DNA of 64,000 nt, from NCBI RefSeq assembly GCF_036971445.1, contig NC_091473.1:205220001-205284000 (forward strand), given 5' to 3'. The notes under the pieces are model-generated. The model was not told where the DNA came from and made no database searches. It saw nothing but the letters and a program-made list of their open reading frames with translations. Both the position numbers and the translations under genes were made by a program. This document shows positions 33,769 to 47,904 of the stretch, in pieces (within the stretch, counting starts at the first letter, position 1; every line of letters begins with the position of its first letter). The DNA comes from Narcine bancroftii. Lineage: Eukaryota.

Positions 33769-36700
33769 CTCTGTCTGTTTTGCAGTTGTTCTGCAAATTT
33801 TTGTGCCTCCTCCGGATCCGAGAATAGTCTGTTTTGCTGCCATGGAATAACTATTTTAAGTACCGCTGGGTACTTTAGCATAACTTTATATCCTTTTTTC
33901 CATAGGATCACTTTTGCTGTATTAAACTCCTTCCTCTTCTTCAGGAGTTCAAAACTTATATCTGGATAGAAAAAATTGTTTTGACCTTAGTATTCCAGTG
34001 GCTTTTTGTCTTCTTTTATTTTCTTCATTGCTTTCTCCAATATATTTTCTCTTGTATATCTTACGAATTTTACTAGAATGGATCTTGGTTTTTGTTGTGG
34101 TTGTAGTTTAGGGGCTAATGTTCTATGTGCCCTTTCTATTTCTATTTCTTCCTGTAATTCTAGTCTTCCTAGGACGCTGAGGATCCAATCTTTTATAAAT
34201 TCTCTCATATTCTTGCCATCTTCATCTTTCTTAAGGCCCACTATCTTTATATTATTTCTTCTATTATAATTTTCCATTATATCTATCTTCTGAGCTAACA
34301 GCTCTTGTGTATCTTTAGCTTTTTTATTAGATTCTTCTAATTTCTTTTTTAAGTCATCTACTTCCATTTCTATGGCTGTTTCTCGTTCTTCCACCTTGTC
34401 CACTCTTTTTCCTATATCTGACACGACCATCTCTAATCTATTCATTTTTTCTTCTGTACTTTTAATTCTTCTTTTTATTTCACTAAATTCTTGTGATTGC
34501 CATTTTTTATTCATTCCATATATTCTTTAAAAAAATATATCCATGTACTTGCCCTTCCCTTCTTCTTCCATTTCTCTGTGTTCTTCCTCTTCTTCTTCCT
34601 CTGGGTTGGTCATCTGTTGTTTCTTTGATTTCTTTTTACTCTCTTCTTTCTTGTTCTCGTTGTTTTCTATGTTCTCCTCTTGCTGCTGTGTTGCAGTTGT
34701 CAATTTCAGCTGTGGGGATCGACTCCTCAGCTGGTCCCCCGTGCTGTCTGTGTTTATTTTTGTCTTGCGGATCACGCATGTGCGACTCCTCGCGCATGCG
34801 CAGTTGCGCACTTTTGCTTGGCTCCACGAGCCATTTTTGTTGTCCCGAGCTCGGGGCTTCAACTGACCTGAGGGAGCGGGCTTCTCTCTCCACAGCAGGC
34901 CTCCTCGGACAGGTAAGGCCTTCACCTTCTTCTTCCGACGTCTTTTCTTCTTCTCTTCTTCCCGTTGCTTTCGACTTTTTTTTCTTCGCTGCCATTTTCT
35001 TCGCACCTTTATTTTCACTTTATTTTAATTTTCGTGTTTGTGCCTTTGTGTTTTCTCTGTTTTTAAAAAACTTTTCTGGAGAGGGCTGGAGTTCCCCGAC
35101 CGGCCACTACTCCATCACGTGACTCCCCTCCCTCTGCATTCTTGATCACTGAAGCCAACCACGAATGTAACAGAGAAAATATTATGCTGTATCGCCACAG
35201 GGCCGTCATGTCAAGGGAACCTACGAGCAGAATGTTTCCTCACATACTCAGACTGGTCGGCAACCTATAACTATTTTCACTACATATCTTCACAAATCAA
35301 AGCAATCTAAATCCAGACTTCTTCACAACCTACCAAACGGTCCTTTGAACCGAGACATCAAGGCCAACAGGCTGATGATTAGTGATTCGGTGATCCATTT
35401 ACTTAATGAGAACATGGAAACGCTACCTGTGCAAAATAAATGAAAAAAAAAACCTCACAGTTATTCCAACGAGGAACCGAAAAGAAAAACACAGTCACTG
35501 GTATTTTCAATGTAGAAATAGAAGAGAGAGAGGCTCAGTCAATCAGGAAGAATCCATGGACAGAAATTATCATTAAACGTTTCACATCAGAACCCTTGAC
35601 TCGATTATTGGTTCCAATCAATAATTTTCACTGCGTATTTCATTCCATTGATGATTCCTGTCCATGTAGCGGTGTCATTTATGTCCAGAGTACCCATAAC
35701 CTCCCAATAGAAGGCGTCCTCCTTCTCCGAGACGAAAGGGAGAGTCAAGCAGTGTAGAATATCGACTTCGTCATTCACACAAGCGAGTATTGGAACGTTT
35801 TCACACTCTATCACATTCCGTTTCGTTAGCTGTTTGGGGGAAATAATTTACTTCGAGTCTCGGCCCAACTGGAACTGCATGAAATGGAAGTCAAAAAAAG
35901 CTTTGAATTGATTGGTGAAATCGAAGGAAAAAAGGAGAAATACGACTATAGGAGATAATGAGGAACAGATCCAAATTGCGGTTGGTGTGGTCGGAGAGGG
36001 TGAGAGCATTGTGCTGAACGGATGTCATTCTGCCAATCATGAGAGAGACCAGAATTCACAGCTCTATTTGTACCTCCGATTACAAACTATCTCTGAATCA
36101 TGTAGATTCAGATCAAATTAATCCTCGCCGCCTCGCAACTAAGTGTTCTCTTTCAATTTATTGGCTTCTTAAATCATTTGCTCTCTACACCAGTAGGTTG
36201 ACTGCGTATCAGGCCATTTAATCAGAGACTGTAAAAAGGTAACAGGTAATCTCCTCGCCTGAACAAAGCTTGAACAATTGTTTGCTGCTCCGTATATGCG
36301 TCACAAACCAAATGGAAGACTGGAGATGATTATCCAATTTTATGCTACTGATAACATAATTTTATCATCTTACACGTACAATTTATTGTCATGGAATAAA
36401 ACAGAAATGAATGTTATTATATAATTGCATTTAATCTGTCATTAGGTGGAAAAAAGATAGAGCATTATCATTGCCCGGAGCCCCTGTCAGTGAGAGAAAG
36501 AAATGCAAACGAAAGTCCCCCCAGAGTCACCGAATGTTGGTGGATTCGCCCCTATCACACTCGGAGCCTCTGAAGCAGCAGAAGCCTCAAGTTCAGAGTC
36601 AATTAGAGCCTAGAGCTAAACTTCGGAATCTATAAGGAGGCCTTTGTAAGCCTGTGGGGAGCCGTTAAACTAGGACTGGCCAATAGGACACCAGACGGGA

Positions 36701-36995
36701 GGGCTGTGTCTTCGTTCCCCGCGGGTGCGCAGAGGCAGTGATGGCGTTACAGGAGCTTCGTTAGTGCCATCATTATTTATAAATCTGCGCCCACAGTCAA
36801 TTGACCAACCAATTCCAGATCAGAGGTGTGCCTTCAAAAAATGAGATAGAACTCTCGCTTTGCATCCCTTCTTTTCTCATCCAAGGGTATTCTCTGGTTC
36901 TGAGCCCTTGACAATAGGAAGAATTTTTCCTTTAAATTTAAGCCATTGCCGTATTGGTAAAATATGCCTCAAAATTTTGAAAATACATTATACCC

Positions 36996-37812
36996 TGCCC
37001 TGGGTAAACTTGTACCTCTCACTTTATTTGTTTTAGATTGGTCACAGTGTTTGAGCTACCGAAAGAAAATAGACACACACGCCGAGAGCACTTCAGTTTA
37101 TACAAATCTTTATTACAAATTCTATATCTGATATCAAACTACAATGTGCAAGCCCTTCCCAATTATACTCATCAACACCTGGACTGGTCCTAACTGCCGA
37201 AGTGAGGCAACGACCGCACACTTGTAGTAGGTTGTCGGGGCGCTGGTAACAGCTTCTCCATCTCCCCCGACCGGGATGTTGGCTGGACTCTAGAAGTTCT
37301 TCTTCATGAGAGATGTTGCCACCTCTCGGAGAGTCTCAAACTTCAGCAGCGGGATCATGGCTTATGTTATCATGGCTAAAAATTGCTTACACAAGCACCT
37401 ATTCCCAGCACAGAAAGAAAGATAAGCAGGCAAGCTAGCATGCCTAGGCTTCTATCGAATAACATAATTTTCAGCTTATCGCTTTGGATACAATGGTTTA
37501 TTGTACATCAAGGTTAGGCCTCTGACAGTCTGTGACCAAAACAAGAAGGAAGATTAAATGTTCTTGGAACACAGATGTCCTTCCGTCAGGTAACTGCATT
37601 TCTGGCCCCTCGGTGGAATTTAGCTTATGTCTGCTGATTCTTAAAAACAAGCAGGTTCTGGCTGCAAAAGTAAAAAAAAAACATGGTCTAAATCTTCGAT
37701 TACATACCTTGCTTGCCCTGTTTCAGAAGTTATTAGCCTTTCAAATTAACATCCCGATTTCACATATTTTAACTTAATATTCCTGATTTTTATTAACTTA
37801 TCTGTGATAACA
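36996..37812 (-). mobile_element. Solo LTR-like element
   Basis: TG...CA termini on the minus strand and an AATAAA signal; homologous to the inverted partial copy at 38582-38977. No clear TSD. Confidence 0.55.
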
Positions 37813-37814
37813 CA

Positions 37815-38080
37815 ACATCCGTGGAAGGTAGAAGATCTATAGCCAGTGCTTGCAGTGCAAGAGACCTCAAACACAGGTGACGAGTGGTTGGCTGCAATGG
37901 TATCGGAAGCACGTGAATATGAATCAACACCACATACTGATTTGGTGAATGGAGGAGACGGGAAACAAACTTTTCAGGGCGCAGTTTTAGACATTTTAGA
38001 TATACATTTAGCATCGTATTTCAACAGGCGTTGGCAAATCCTTCTCATTGTCCATGCTGTTATACTTTGTGTGCTCATTT
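37815..38080 (+). pseudogene. Highly decayed V-segment relic
   Basis: One frame reads LQC(37856)KRPQTQVTSGWLQW(37898)YRKH, a canonical Cys-Trp spacing with a WYR motif. A later HAVILCVL resembles DSAVYYCAL. Stops and frameshifts present; no good RSS. Confidence 0.4.
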
Positions 38081-38581
38081 CATTTGATAGAAAAAAGCAG
38101 TATCCCTTTGATAGGAGAATTATTTATTTAAATTGTCTAAATTCTGAAGCGTATTTCTGCAGTTTCTGTTTATGCTATTCCGTCTCTCACTGCCTCCAGA
38201 AATGAGCAAGTCTTCACCTACCTCTGCTTCAGGGAAGATGCCAACATCTGTAAAGACCCATTCCAAACCGGTCACACTCTCCCCCCACCCCGCGTTTGAC
38301 AGAATATTGAAAACAGGAATACACCATTCAGCTTTTCTGGTCAGATGTTTGAATGGACGTATTATCAGGTCAGCGTCGGTGACTTGCTCTGTTTCAACTC
38401 AGTTATCTCCTTAGCTGTAATGGAGGATTTAGACCAGCTTATGCAAGAAGGGATGCAGTTGCATCAGAAGACATAATCTAAATTCCACCATGGGGCACAG
38501 GGATGCAGTTGTATTTTGTTGGTCGCAGACTGTCAGGAGACCTTGAAGATAATTAAATCATTTATTCAAAGAGATAAGCTA

Positions 38582-38977
38582 TGAGTAAACAATTTATTGG
38601 GTAATGTAACCCATGGTCCCACTGCTGGAATGGAGACTCTCTAAGGGGTGGAAACGCCTCTCAGCAAGAAGAAGAACTTCTAGAGTCCAGCTTACATCGC
38701 GGTCAGGGAAGGCGGAGAAGCTGCTACCGGCGCCCCGACAACCTACTACAAGTGTGCGGTCATTGCCTCGCTTCGGCAGTTGGGACCAGTTCAGGCATTG
38801 ATAAGTATAATTGGGAAGGGCTTGGATATTGTAGTTTGAAATTAGCTTTTGAATTTGTAATAAACATTTGTATAAACTGAACTGCTCTCAGTGTGGGTGT
38901 ATATTTTCTTTCGGTAGCTCGAACAATGTGACCAATCTAAAACGAGCAAAGTGAGAGGTACAAGTTTACCCAGGACA
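38582..38977 (+). mobile_element. Partial LTR-like copy, inverted relative to 36996-37812
   Basis: Reverse-complement similarity over ~400 nt (e.g. ccccgacaacctactacaagtgtgcggtc; gtgagaggtacaagtttacccagg); AATAAA near 38859; ends in CA. Confidence 0.65.
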
Positions 38978-40759
38978 ATAGACTGCATCTTCTATTTGTA
39001 ATACAGCCATCTTTTCAGTTTGAAGAAAGTGTGACACTTGTCCACAGCACTTTGGTTTTGTTGTTGCATCATATGTTCTACATATTGTATGTTAATTTGC
39101 CTGTATTTCAGAAAAGACAATATTATTTACTACGTATCAACAGAAATGGCAACGAAAAACTCAAAGTCGTTTTCTGACTTAATTTATGTTATCTGCCATT
39201 TGAGAGGCAGGAGGATAATACAAATACAAATGCACCAGCAATCATGCTTGAACAACCTTTTGAATATGTGGCATTCTGATTTGAAATTAGTCTGGCCTAA
39301 TAACATAAGGATCAGTTTAATTGCAATAGATGCTTCAGAAAGGTTTCTGGATCAACACATTAACCTGCAGCGAAAATCAAATATGCTGGAAAAAGGTATT
39401 TAATTTAATTTGGCTCCCTACTCCGTGCTATATTATGTGTTGCCTTCTTGAATGCACAGCGCTTAAATCCGAACAGTAAAGAATCCAAGTATCAAGTGAA
39501 TAAACACACCTTTAAAAGATCAATAGCGTGATACATTGGGAAGCTTATATTATTCACGTGATCCTTGGATTATATCATTAACATTATATGAGACACGATC
39601 AAGCCCGGTGAAAATAAATTGGCCATATTTGAGTTAACCACCATGTTCACCAAGCATAAAAGGTGAAATAATAAATGTAATGAGGCCAGTTCGGGTGAAT
39701 ATAATGGCAACGGTATTTGTAAAACCATTAACAAAAACTAGAATAAACCGGAGAGTAAAGGGTGTAAGAATGACAAGGAGCTGTAAAACTATAAACGGAG
39801 CTGCTGTTTTTGATGGGAAAACTTCCATCGAAAGAGTGAAAAATGCCTTTGCAGTGGAACATGATATGTGGACTATCCACTTCAAAAGCGCCAGTGTGAG
39901 ATGAAGAATGACCGGGCCAACTATTAGAAGGTCTATTGAATAATAAAGGGCGGATTAATGTAAATAATCCGAGACATGCAAAATACACAGGGACTAAAGG
40001 ATGAGCCGTTGGCATGCTATTCCCTATAGTTATGCTGGTCACATCTGCCATAATATCGACCACAGGGTCTCATTGGGGCAAGAGAGCAGCGAGTGAGAGG
40101 CCTGAGTGTATTTGGGGATGAGTATGACAAAAGTGCAACTTCAGATAAATTGAGTGAAGCGACTCTTAGCATCTTTGCTACTTAGACCCACATGCATCTT
40201 GGTGATATTAGTTAACTTTTGCATATTACTCCTGGCCTTATTACGCCTATTGTAGGGATAAGTGAACAGCTTGATGCAAAAGAGATCATGAATCGAAAAC
40301 ATATATTTTCAGATTTACGTGTTAGTCAATGATATGCCATTCCCGAACAGTATCCAAACCTATGCGCCGATGGAACGCCATTTCCCCGTTATTCGAGCCA
40401 ATGATTAGGCTTTTCTGTTATTCCAGTTATTCAAGTAAAGCATACAATATATTTCCTCAATGTGATACAAAGTTCACGTATCTGCGTGTTGAAATACTAA
40501 AGAGTTCAGAGGATGAGAACTGAGCCCTAAAACTTCTTGAAGTTTTAGCACAATATTGAAAGGTGGGAGTGAACGAAAGGCTGCTAGTTGAACGGCACGT
40601 CGCATGACGAGGCTTCGGTAGGTCTTTAGAATCGCAAGAGAGAAACGACTTCCAGGGTTATGACTTATTTTTGTTGATATTTTACTTACATTATTTAAAG
40701 CCAAGCATGCAATTAACAGGTAAAAGAAGCATAACATCTTAAATACAGAAAAGAGCGAG

Positions 40760-43700
40760 TTATCCATAATACATAATGACTATAATTCCTCATTCTACAC
40801 AGCCCCACCCTCACAAAGAAAGGAAAAGAGAGAATTAGTAAAGAAACAAGAAATCTCCCTGAAAAATGAAGAAAAAGAAGTAAGAAAAGAAATAAAGAAG
40901 AATTGTCGGGAATCTGTAGTCTACTCCACAGACTTCAAATTTTCAAGACTTACTTCGGTCTTGAGGGGACGTGAACGCAGGTCTCGAGGGCGATCGGGGA
41001 TGGTGTAGGGGGGGGGTGTTGGGCGGACATGGGGTGACAAGAATGACACCCATAGTTTGTAAATATGGCTGTCATATTTTTAAAAAGTACATCCCAGATT
41101 ATTTCTTAGGTTATAGGCAATCTTCTCAAGGGAAGGACAACTGTGCATTTCCACATTCCAATGAGTTATACCTCCATGGGCATCAAACATCGAAGTTAGC
41201 ACTATATATTTCCTGGCCACTGGCAATGCATCTTGACAAATTCTATTTGATATTTGAACAGCCTCATTTTAGGTCTTACTCCCACAATATTCCCAATTAA
41301 AACAGTTCTGGATTTTGTGAAATTTGAACCCTAATAATTTTCTCTCGGAAACTCCATAGACCCACCCAGAATGGTCTCACCTTGGGACATGACCAGGTTG
41401 AATGTGAAAGGGTTCCTGCACCTGTCTGAATATTACATTTATTGTGTTTGTCGTACTGACCATCATAAATCGGACCATTTTTATTCACGAATTCTTATAT
41501 TTAAGTCTAGACTTATGTAAACATACCCCCCCCCCCCCCGGTTAAGGAGTTCCTGTTTGAAGTAAGAGATACATTGCTGAGATAAATTTCTTAGTGTTTT
41601 CCTTTTGGATCAGAATACTCTCATCACTGCACCGTGGTAGAATCATTGTTGGGCTCAATTTGTTGCTTAAATAAGCTGAACTGAAAATAGCAAAAGATTG
41701 TATCATTAACAATACCGTACTTAGTTTTTAATTGATTAAATGACATGAGTTACCCCTGCTCATAACAGTCCTCGATACCTGATACATTTCCTGAACCGTT
41801 TTCAAAATTTTATTATTCGTAGTTCAAGGTATGAACATATTCAGATTCAGGGTTGTTTTGGAGATAGTGTAACATCATCTCTGCACAGACCCAATCTGAT
41901 AATTTATTGTGTACCAAATATTTTTTATATGGAGACTCGAGTCACCTTACATTTCTGAAGAAAAAATCTGACATATTTATTTAAATCCTGAAAAAAATCT
42001 GAGGCAACGGTATGGGCAGCGTCTGAAAGTCTATTCATTTTTACACAATTGACTCTGTTGCTAATAGTATTGGTTGAACCATCCACCTATTCAAATCCTC
42101 TTCAAACGTTTTAAGCAACGGGAGATAATTTAACGTGCATACATTCTGTAAATTGTCTCTTCTAATCCCTACATATTTTTTTTATCCATTTAGCATCCAT
42201 TTAAATTGAGTTTCTCCTTGTCACCGCTAAATGGCATAATTTCGCATTTATTCCAATTTATTTTATAACCTGGGTTGTTCCACATAGTCTTCCAGTTCTG
42301 AGTACAATTTTTGAAGTGAAGTTGCTGATTCTATCAAATATTTCAGTACATCCTCTGCAAATAAATGCGTCCGATATATTAGAACAGTGGTTCTCAACAT
42401 TTTTATTTTCACTCACATACGACCTTAAGCAATCCCTTCTTAATCATAGAGCAGCTACGGCATAGGGAATACTTAAAGTGGTATGTGAGTGGAAACAAAA
42501 AGGTCGACGCCATTGTATTAGAATATAATTTATGTAATTTCTGCGGGGTAAGATATTGCAGATACAAAAAAAAATCTTTCCAGCTATCTATATCTTACAT
42601 TAATTGTATTAGTCATGCATTCCTGTCATAAATCGGACTAGTTCGTATCACCAATATTTATATTCAAGCCTGATTCTTATCTCTGTTTTGATTTATATAA
42701 CTTCCCCTTTGGAATGCTCAACTGAAGAAACGAATACATTGCAGATGTAAACTTCCCCGGGTTCCACTTTTGGATCAGCATTTCCATTTCACTGCACTTT
42801 GGTAACATCATGGCCGATTCTAATTAATCTCTAAAAACTATTAATTGAAAGTAGCAGAATATTGTATTATTAAGAATATTATATTTATTTTTTAACTGTT
42901 CAAACGACATTAATTGCCCTTGTTTATAGCAATGTTCCTCATACCTGATGTCTTTATGGAACCATGTATGTAGAATGTTATTATGCATTGATAAATTAAT
43001 TTATCTAATTTGAGTAAGTTATTCAATTTATTCTAAATATTCAAAATAAGCTTTGTTAAAGGTGTTCCTTTCCACCAGAAATAGATTTAATATCCCATTT
43101 ATATGTGACCTGCTCCCGCCCGGTGGGGCCCGAGGTCCTGCCTGAGTCCGCCTGATGTAACGGCCGCATCGCAGGGAGAGACAGCCAGCCGAGACCGGGC
43201 CTGCCCGCACCGATGCCCGAGCACCGAACACAGGCCGCCGTCACCAGGCAAACCCGGCAGCCCGCACAGCCCGACCGTTGGCAGCCGAGCCCCGGGCCTG
43301 GAGCGGTCAATGAGAACTGTTTAGTGTATTTCAGAGTTAAATACACACCTCAAAAAACAATAGTCTAAACACTAACAACTGTGAACTCCATTGCAGAGTT
43401 CTCTCCAGTGTTAAAATTTTTTTTTCTACTAGAACTTTTCTTTCTGATCTTTACTCGGCCGCGGCAGGAGTAAACGCACGCAGGCTGATTCCAGGGCGCA
43501 CCACTCCATAACTGTGGACAGCGGTCGTAGATCTCCAAAATGGTTCGACGTAAAAGGGGAGGCAGGCCTCTTCAGCCCAGTTAAGCAACCTGCATAGGAG
43601 AAGATCACTCCGATATAAAACCTACACACGAACCATGGGTGTAAAAGGTGGGGCCAGTACTGCGCACACTGCACCCCACCTAAAAGCTCCTTTGCGCAGG

Positions 43701-46700
43701 CCCGAGGACAGGTCCACGTCCTCTCCCTCAAAAGATGCGCACAAACTCAAGCTAGCATGCAGGAACATCAGAACCATGCTAGACAAGGCTGACAGCCACC
43801 GACCTGAACGTCGGTCTGCCCTCATCGCACATGAACTCCTCAGACTCAACATCGACATAGATACTCTCAGCGAAGACTGCCTTGCAGATGTAGGCAGCCT
43901 CCAATAACATGGCGCGGGCTACACACTCTACTGGTCTGGCAAGCCTCAGGCTGAATGACGCCTATCTGGTGTTGGCTTCATGGTCAAGAACTCTATTGCC
44001 TCCAAACTCAAAAACCTCCCAACAGGCCACTCTGACCGGATCATGTCCATGTGACTCCCCCTTCAAAATAAACGATGCATCACTCTTATCAGTGTCTATG
44101 CTCCAACACTTCAGGTGGAACCAGCAGAAAAGGACAAGTTCTACAATGATCTGCGCAACCTCATTCAACACACCCCTACAGCTGATGAGGTTGTCATCCT
44201 TGGAGAGTTCAATGCTCGCGTCAGCAAAGAGTCAGAAACCTGGCCAGGAATCCTTGGCAAGCATGGTGTCGGCAAGTGCAATGACAACGGGCGCCTCCTG
44301 TTGGAACTCTGCGCAGAACAGCGGCTTGTCATTACAAACACCCTTTTCCAGCAGAGGGATAGCCTGAAGACTACCTGGATGCATCCCCAATCCAAACACT
44401 GGCACCTCCTGGACTACGTTCTGGTGTGAGGAAGAGACAAACGAGATGTGCTCGACACCTGGGTCATGCCCATCGTGGAATGGCACACTGACCACCGGCT
44501 TGTTCGCTGCAAGCTCAACCTTCACTTCAAGCCAAAGTTCAAGAACAGTGGAGCCCCCAGAAGGAGGTTAAATGTTGGAAACTTGCAGTCAGACGTAGTG
44601 AGAGGAAATTTCCAGGGAAACCTCCAAGCAAAGCTCGAGGATGCAAACTGCCACGCGGACACGTCTCTTGAAACCCTCTTGGATCAGCTGAAAACGGCCA
44701 TACCGCAATCCACTGAAGAGGTACTGGGCTTCTCTTCCAGGAAAAACAAGGACTGGTTTGACAAAAAGAACCAGGAAATCCAGGAGCTGCTGGCAAAGAA
44801 GCGAGCTGCCCACCAGGCTCACCTTGCAAAGCCTTCCTGGCCAGAGAAAAAACGAGCCTCCCGTCTCGCATGCAGCCACCTTCAGCACAAACTCCGGGAG
44901 ATCCAAAATGAGTGGTGGACTAGCCTCGCCAAATGAACCCAGCTTAGCGCCGACAGTGGCGACATCAGGGGTTTTTATGAGACACTAAAGGCGGTGTACG
45001 GCCCCTCACCCCAAGTCCAAAGCCCTCTGTGCAGCTCAGACGGCGATGCCCTCCTCAGCGACAAGATCTCCATCCTCAATCGATGGTCAGAACATTTCCA
45101 ATCCCTTTTCAGTGCCAACTGCTCAGTCCAAGAATCCGCCCTGCTCCAGCTCCCTCAACAACACTTGAGGCTAGAGCTGGATGAGGTCCTTACCCGGGAA
45201 GAGACATATAAGGCAATTGAACAACTGAAAAGTGGCAAAGCAGCAGATATGGATGGAATACCCCCCCCCCCCACCCCACCCCACCAGAGGTCTGGAAGGC
45301 TAGCAGCAAAGCTCTGCATACCAAACTGCATGAGTTTTTCATGTTCTACTGGGACCAAGGAAAGCTGCCTCAGGACCTTCGTGATGCCATCATCATCACC
45401 CTGTATAAAAACAAAGGCGAGAAATCAGACGGCTCCAACTACAGGGGAATCATGCTGCTCTCCATTGCAGGCAAAATTTTCGCTAGGATTCTCCTAAATA
45501 GAATAAAACCTAGTGTCACCGAAAATGTCCCCTCAGAATCACAGTGTGGCTTTCACGCAAACAGAGGAACTACTGACATGGTCTTTGCTCTCAGACAGCT
45601 CCAAGAAAAGTGCAGAGAACATAAGAAAGGACTCTACATCACCTTTGTTGATCTCACCAAAGCCTTTGACACCGTGAGCAGGAAAGGGCTTTGGCAAATA
45701 CTAGCGCGCCTCGGATGCCCCCCCAAGTTCCTCAACATGGTTATATCACTGCACGACAACCAACAAGGTCGGGTCAGATACAGCAATGAGCTCTTCGAAC
45801 CCTTCTCCATTGCCAATGCAAGGCTGCGTCCTCGCACCAACCCTCTTTACTATCTTCTTCAGCATGATGCTGAAACAAGCCATGAAAGACCTCAACAATG
45901 AAGATGGTGTTTACATCTGGTACTGCACAGATGGCAGTCTCTTCAATCTGAGGTGCCTGTAAGCTCACACCAAGACACAAGAGCAACTTGTCCGTGAAGT
46001 ATTCTTTGCCGACGATTCCACTTTAGTTGCCCATTGAGAACCAGCTCTTTAGCACTTGACGTCCTGTTTTGCAGAAACTGCCAAAATGTTTGGCCTGGAT
46101 GTCAGCCTGAAGAAAACTGAGGTCCTCCATCAGCCAGCTCCCCACCATGACCACCAGCCCCCCCTACATCTCCATCGGGCACACAGAACTCAAAACGGTC
46201 AACTAGTTTGCCTTCCTCGGCTGCACCATTTCATCTGATGCAAGGATCGACAAAGAGATAGACAACAGGCTTGCCAAGGCAAATAGTGCCTTTGGAAGAC
46301 TACACAAAAGAGTCTGGAAAAACAACCACCAGAAGAAACACACAAAGATCAGCGTGTACAGAGCCGTTGTCATACCCACGCTCCTGTTCAGCTCTGAATC
46401 ATGGGTCATCTACTGGCATCACCTACCGCTCCTAGAACACTCAACGCTGTATCCGCTCCATCCTCAACATTCATTGGAATGACTTCATCACCAACATCGA
46501 AGTACTCGAGCTGGCAGAGTCTGCAAGCATCGAATCCTCGCTGCTGAAGACCAACTGCGCTGGGTGGGTCACGTCTCCAGAATGGAGGACCATCGCCTAC
46601 CCAAGATCGTGTTCTATGGCGAGCTCTCCACTTGCCACCGAGACAGAGGTGCACCAAAGAAGAGGTACAAGGACTGCTTAAAGAAATCTCTTTGTGCCTG

Positions 46701-47520
46701 CTACATTGACCACCACCAGTGGGCTGATATCCCCTCCAACCGTGCATCTTGGCACCGCACAGTTCGGCGGTCAGCAGCCTCCTTTGAAGAAGACCGCAGA
46801 GCCCACCTCACTGACAAAAGACAAAGGAGGAAAAACCCAATACCCAACCCCAACCAACCAATTTTCCCTTGCAACCGCTGCAACTGTGCCTGCAAGTCCT
46901 GAATCGGACTTGTCAGTCACCAACGAGCCTGTAGCAGACGTGGAAATACCCCTCCATAAATCTTCGTCCGTGAAGCCAAGCCAAAGTAAGTAAAGTATAT
47001 ATGAGATCATCTGATACACTGTCTCTGACTTTGTGCATTTCAATTTCTATCCATGAAGGTTTGTGTCCTCCGTCAAAGAGGGAAGTGAACAAATTTCATC
47101 TGGGCCATTCAGTAGTAATATTTAAAAGTTTTGCATTGAAACCCTACCCCCCACATATGGTATTTCCAAAATAATTTTCCATGGAGACTTTGGCTAACTT
47201 AATTTTCCAAAGAAACTTCCTAACTAACTTATTAATATTAAACAAAATCTTCCTTGGTAATGGCACTGGAAGTGTCTGAAAGATTTACTCTATACATGGG
47301 AATATATTTAATTTCATACAATTAAATCTTCCAAAGTTATTAGAAAAGTTGTCCATTCATTTAAAGCTTCTTCAACCCTTTTAAACAAGGGGATGTAGTT
47401 CATTTTTCCACAAACTCTTCAAGTCATCATCTGTTTTTAATCCCAAAATACATAATCCCATTCTTCAGCCGACGGTGAGGATTTCCTGTTGATGAACAGG
47501 TGTTTGTAGTTCCTACTATT
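40760..47520 (-). mobile_element. Old, degraded L1-clade ORF2, split by the RTE insertion at 43109-46997
   Basis: CNIQTGAGTLSHSTWSCPKVRPFW is a CCHC remnant at 41297-41488. The flanks of the RTE rejoin to read ..YQMISYKWDIKSISGGK.., an L1 'WD..K..RG'-like region. Confidence 0.6.
43109..46997 (+). mobile_element. Second RTE LINE copy, pseudogenised (stops and frameshifts)
   Basis: Colinear with 25640-29146 from ~43550 and with the same 3' tail gaagccaagccaaag. Probable TSD tatatgtga (43100-43108) / tatatgaga (46998-47006). Confidence 0.9.
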
Positions 47521-47904
47521 GGGAACTACTAAGGTGAAGGAAAGAAAACGTGAAAACCACTTTTCTGATGTGAGGAAGAAGTAAAGAAAAATGGAGAGAG
47601 AGTAAAAGTGGATATGACCCTTGAGCCAGAGCACACTCTCGACGAAACCATTTAGCTCTCAATTCCAGCGACTTAATGTTGTTTGTTGCCAGAGTTACAA
47701 AGTTTGTCTTCATGTCACATCTCAGTTGCAACCTCGCTGAAGATACTTGCGTTGGATACTGAAAGTAACCGAAATTGATTCGCAGTTGTGAAATACTAAA
47801 GACTGCGGACACTGTGATTGTCGTAAGAAAACTAAATGCTGGAGAAACTCAGCAGGAAGTAAAGATATATATCCAAATTTTCAGACAGGCGTTTCAATTC
47901 AATG

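Larger units (their letters stand above)
24668..35131 (-). mobile_element. Full-length L1-clade LINE (ORF1 ~33770-35018; ORF2 ~24920-32859), disrupted, with a 12-bp TSD
   Basis: TSD ctctgcattctt at 24656-24667 and 35132-35143; T-rich tail on the left. ORF1 shows ENYNRRNNIKIVGL..EIERAHR..PRSILVKF. ORF2 shows APE (IAFIQETHL, GGDFN, YSRIDLFL..SDH) and RT (LFADD) with frameshifts. Confidence 0.92.

Noticed and set aside
39634-40063. Overlapping short ORFs and a nonamer-like acaaaaact at 39731
   Set aside because: No recognisable domain and no matching heptamer.
47809-47815. Perfect reverse heptamer cactgtg
   Set aside because: No nonamer at 12 or 23 nt and no J coding motif.
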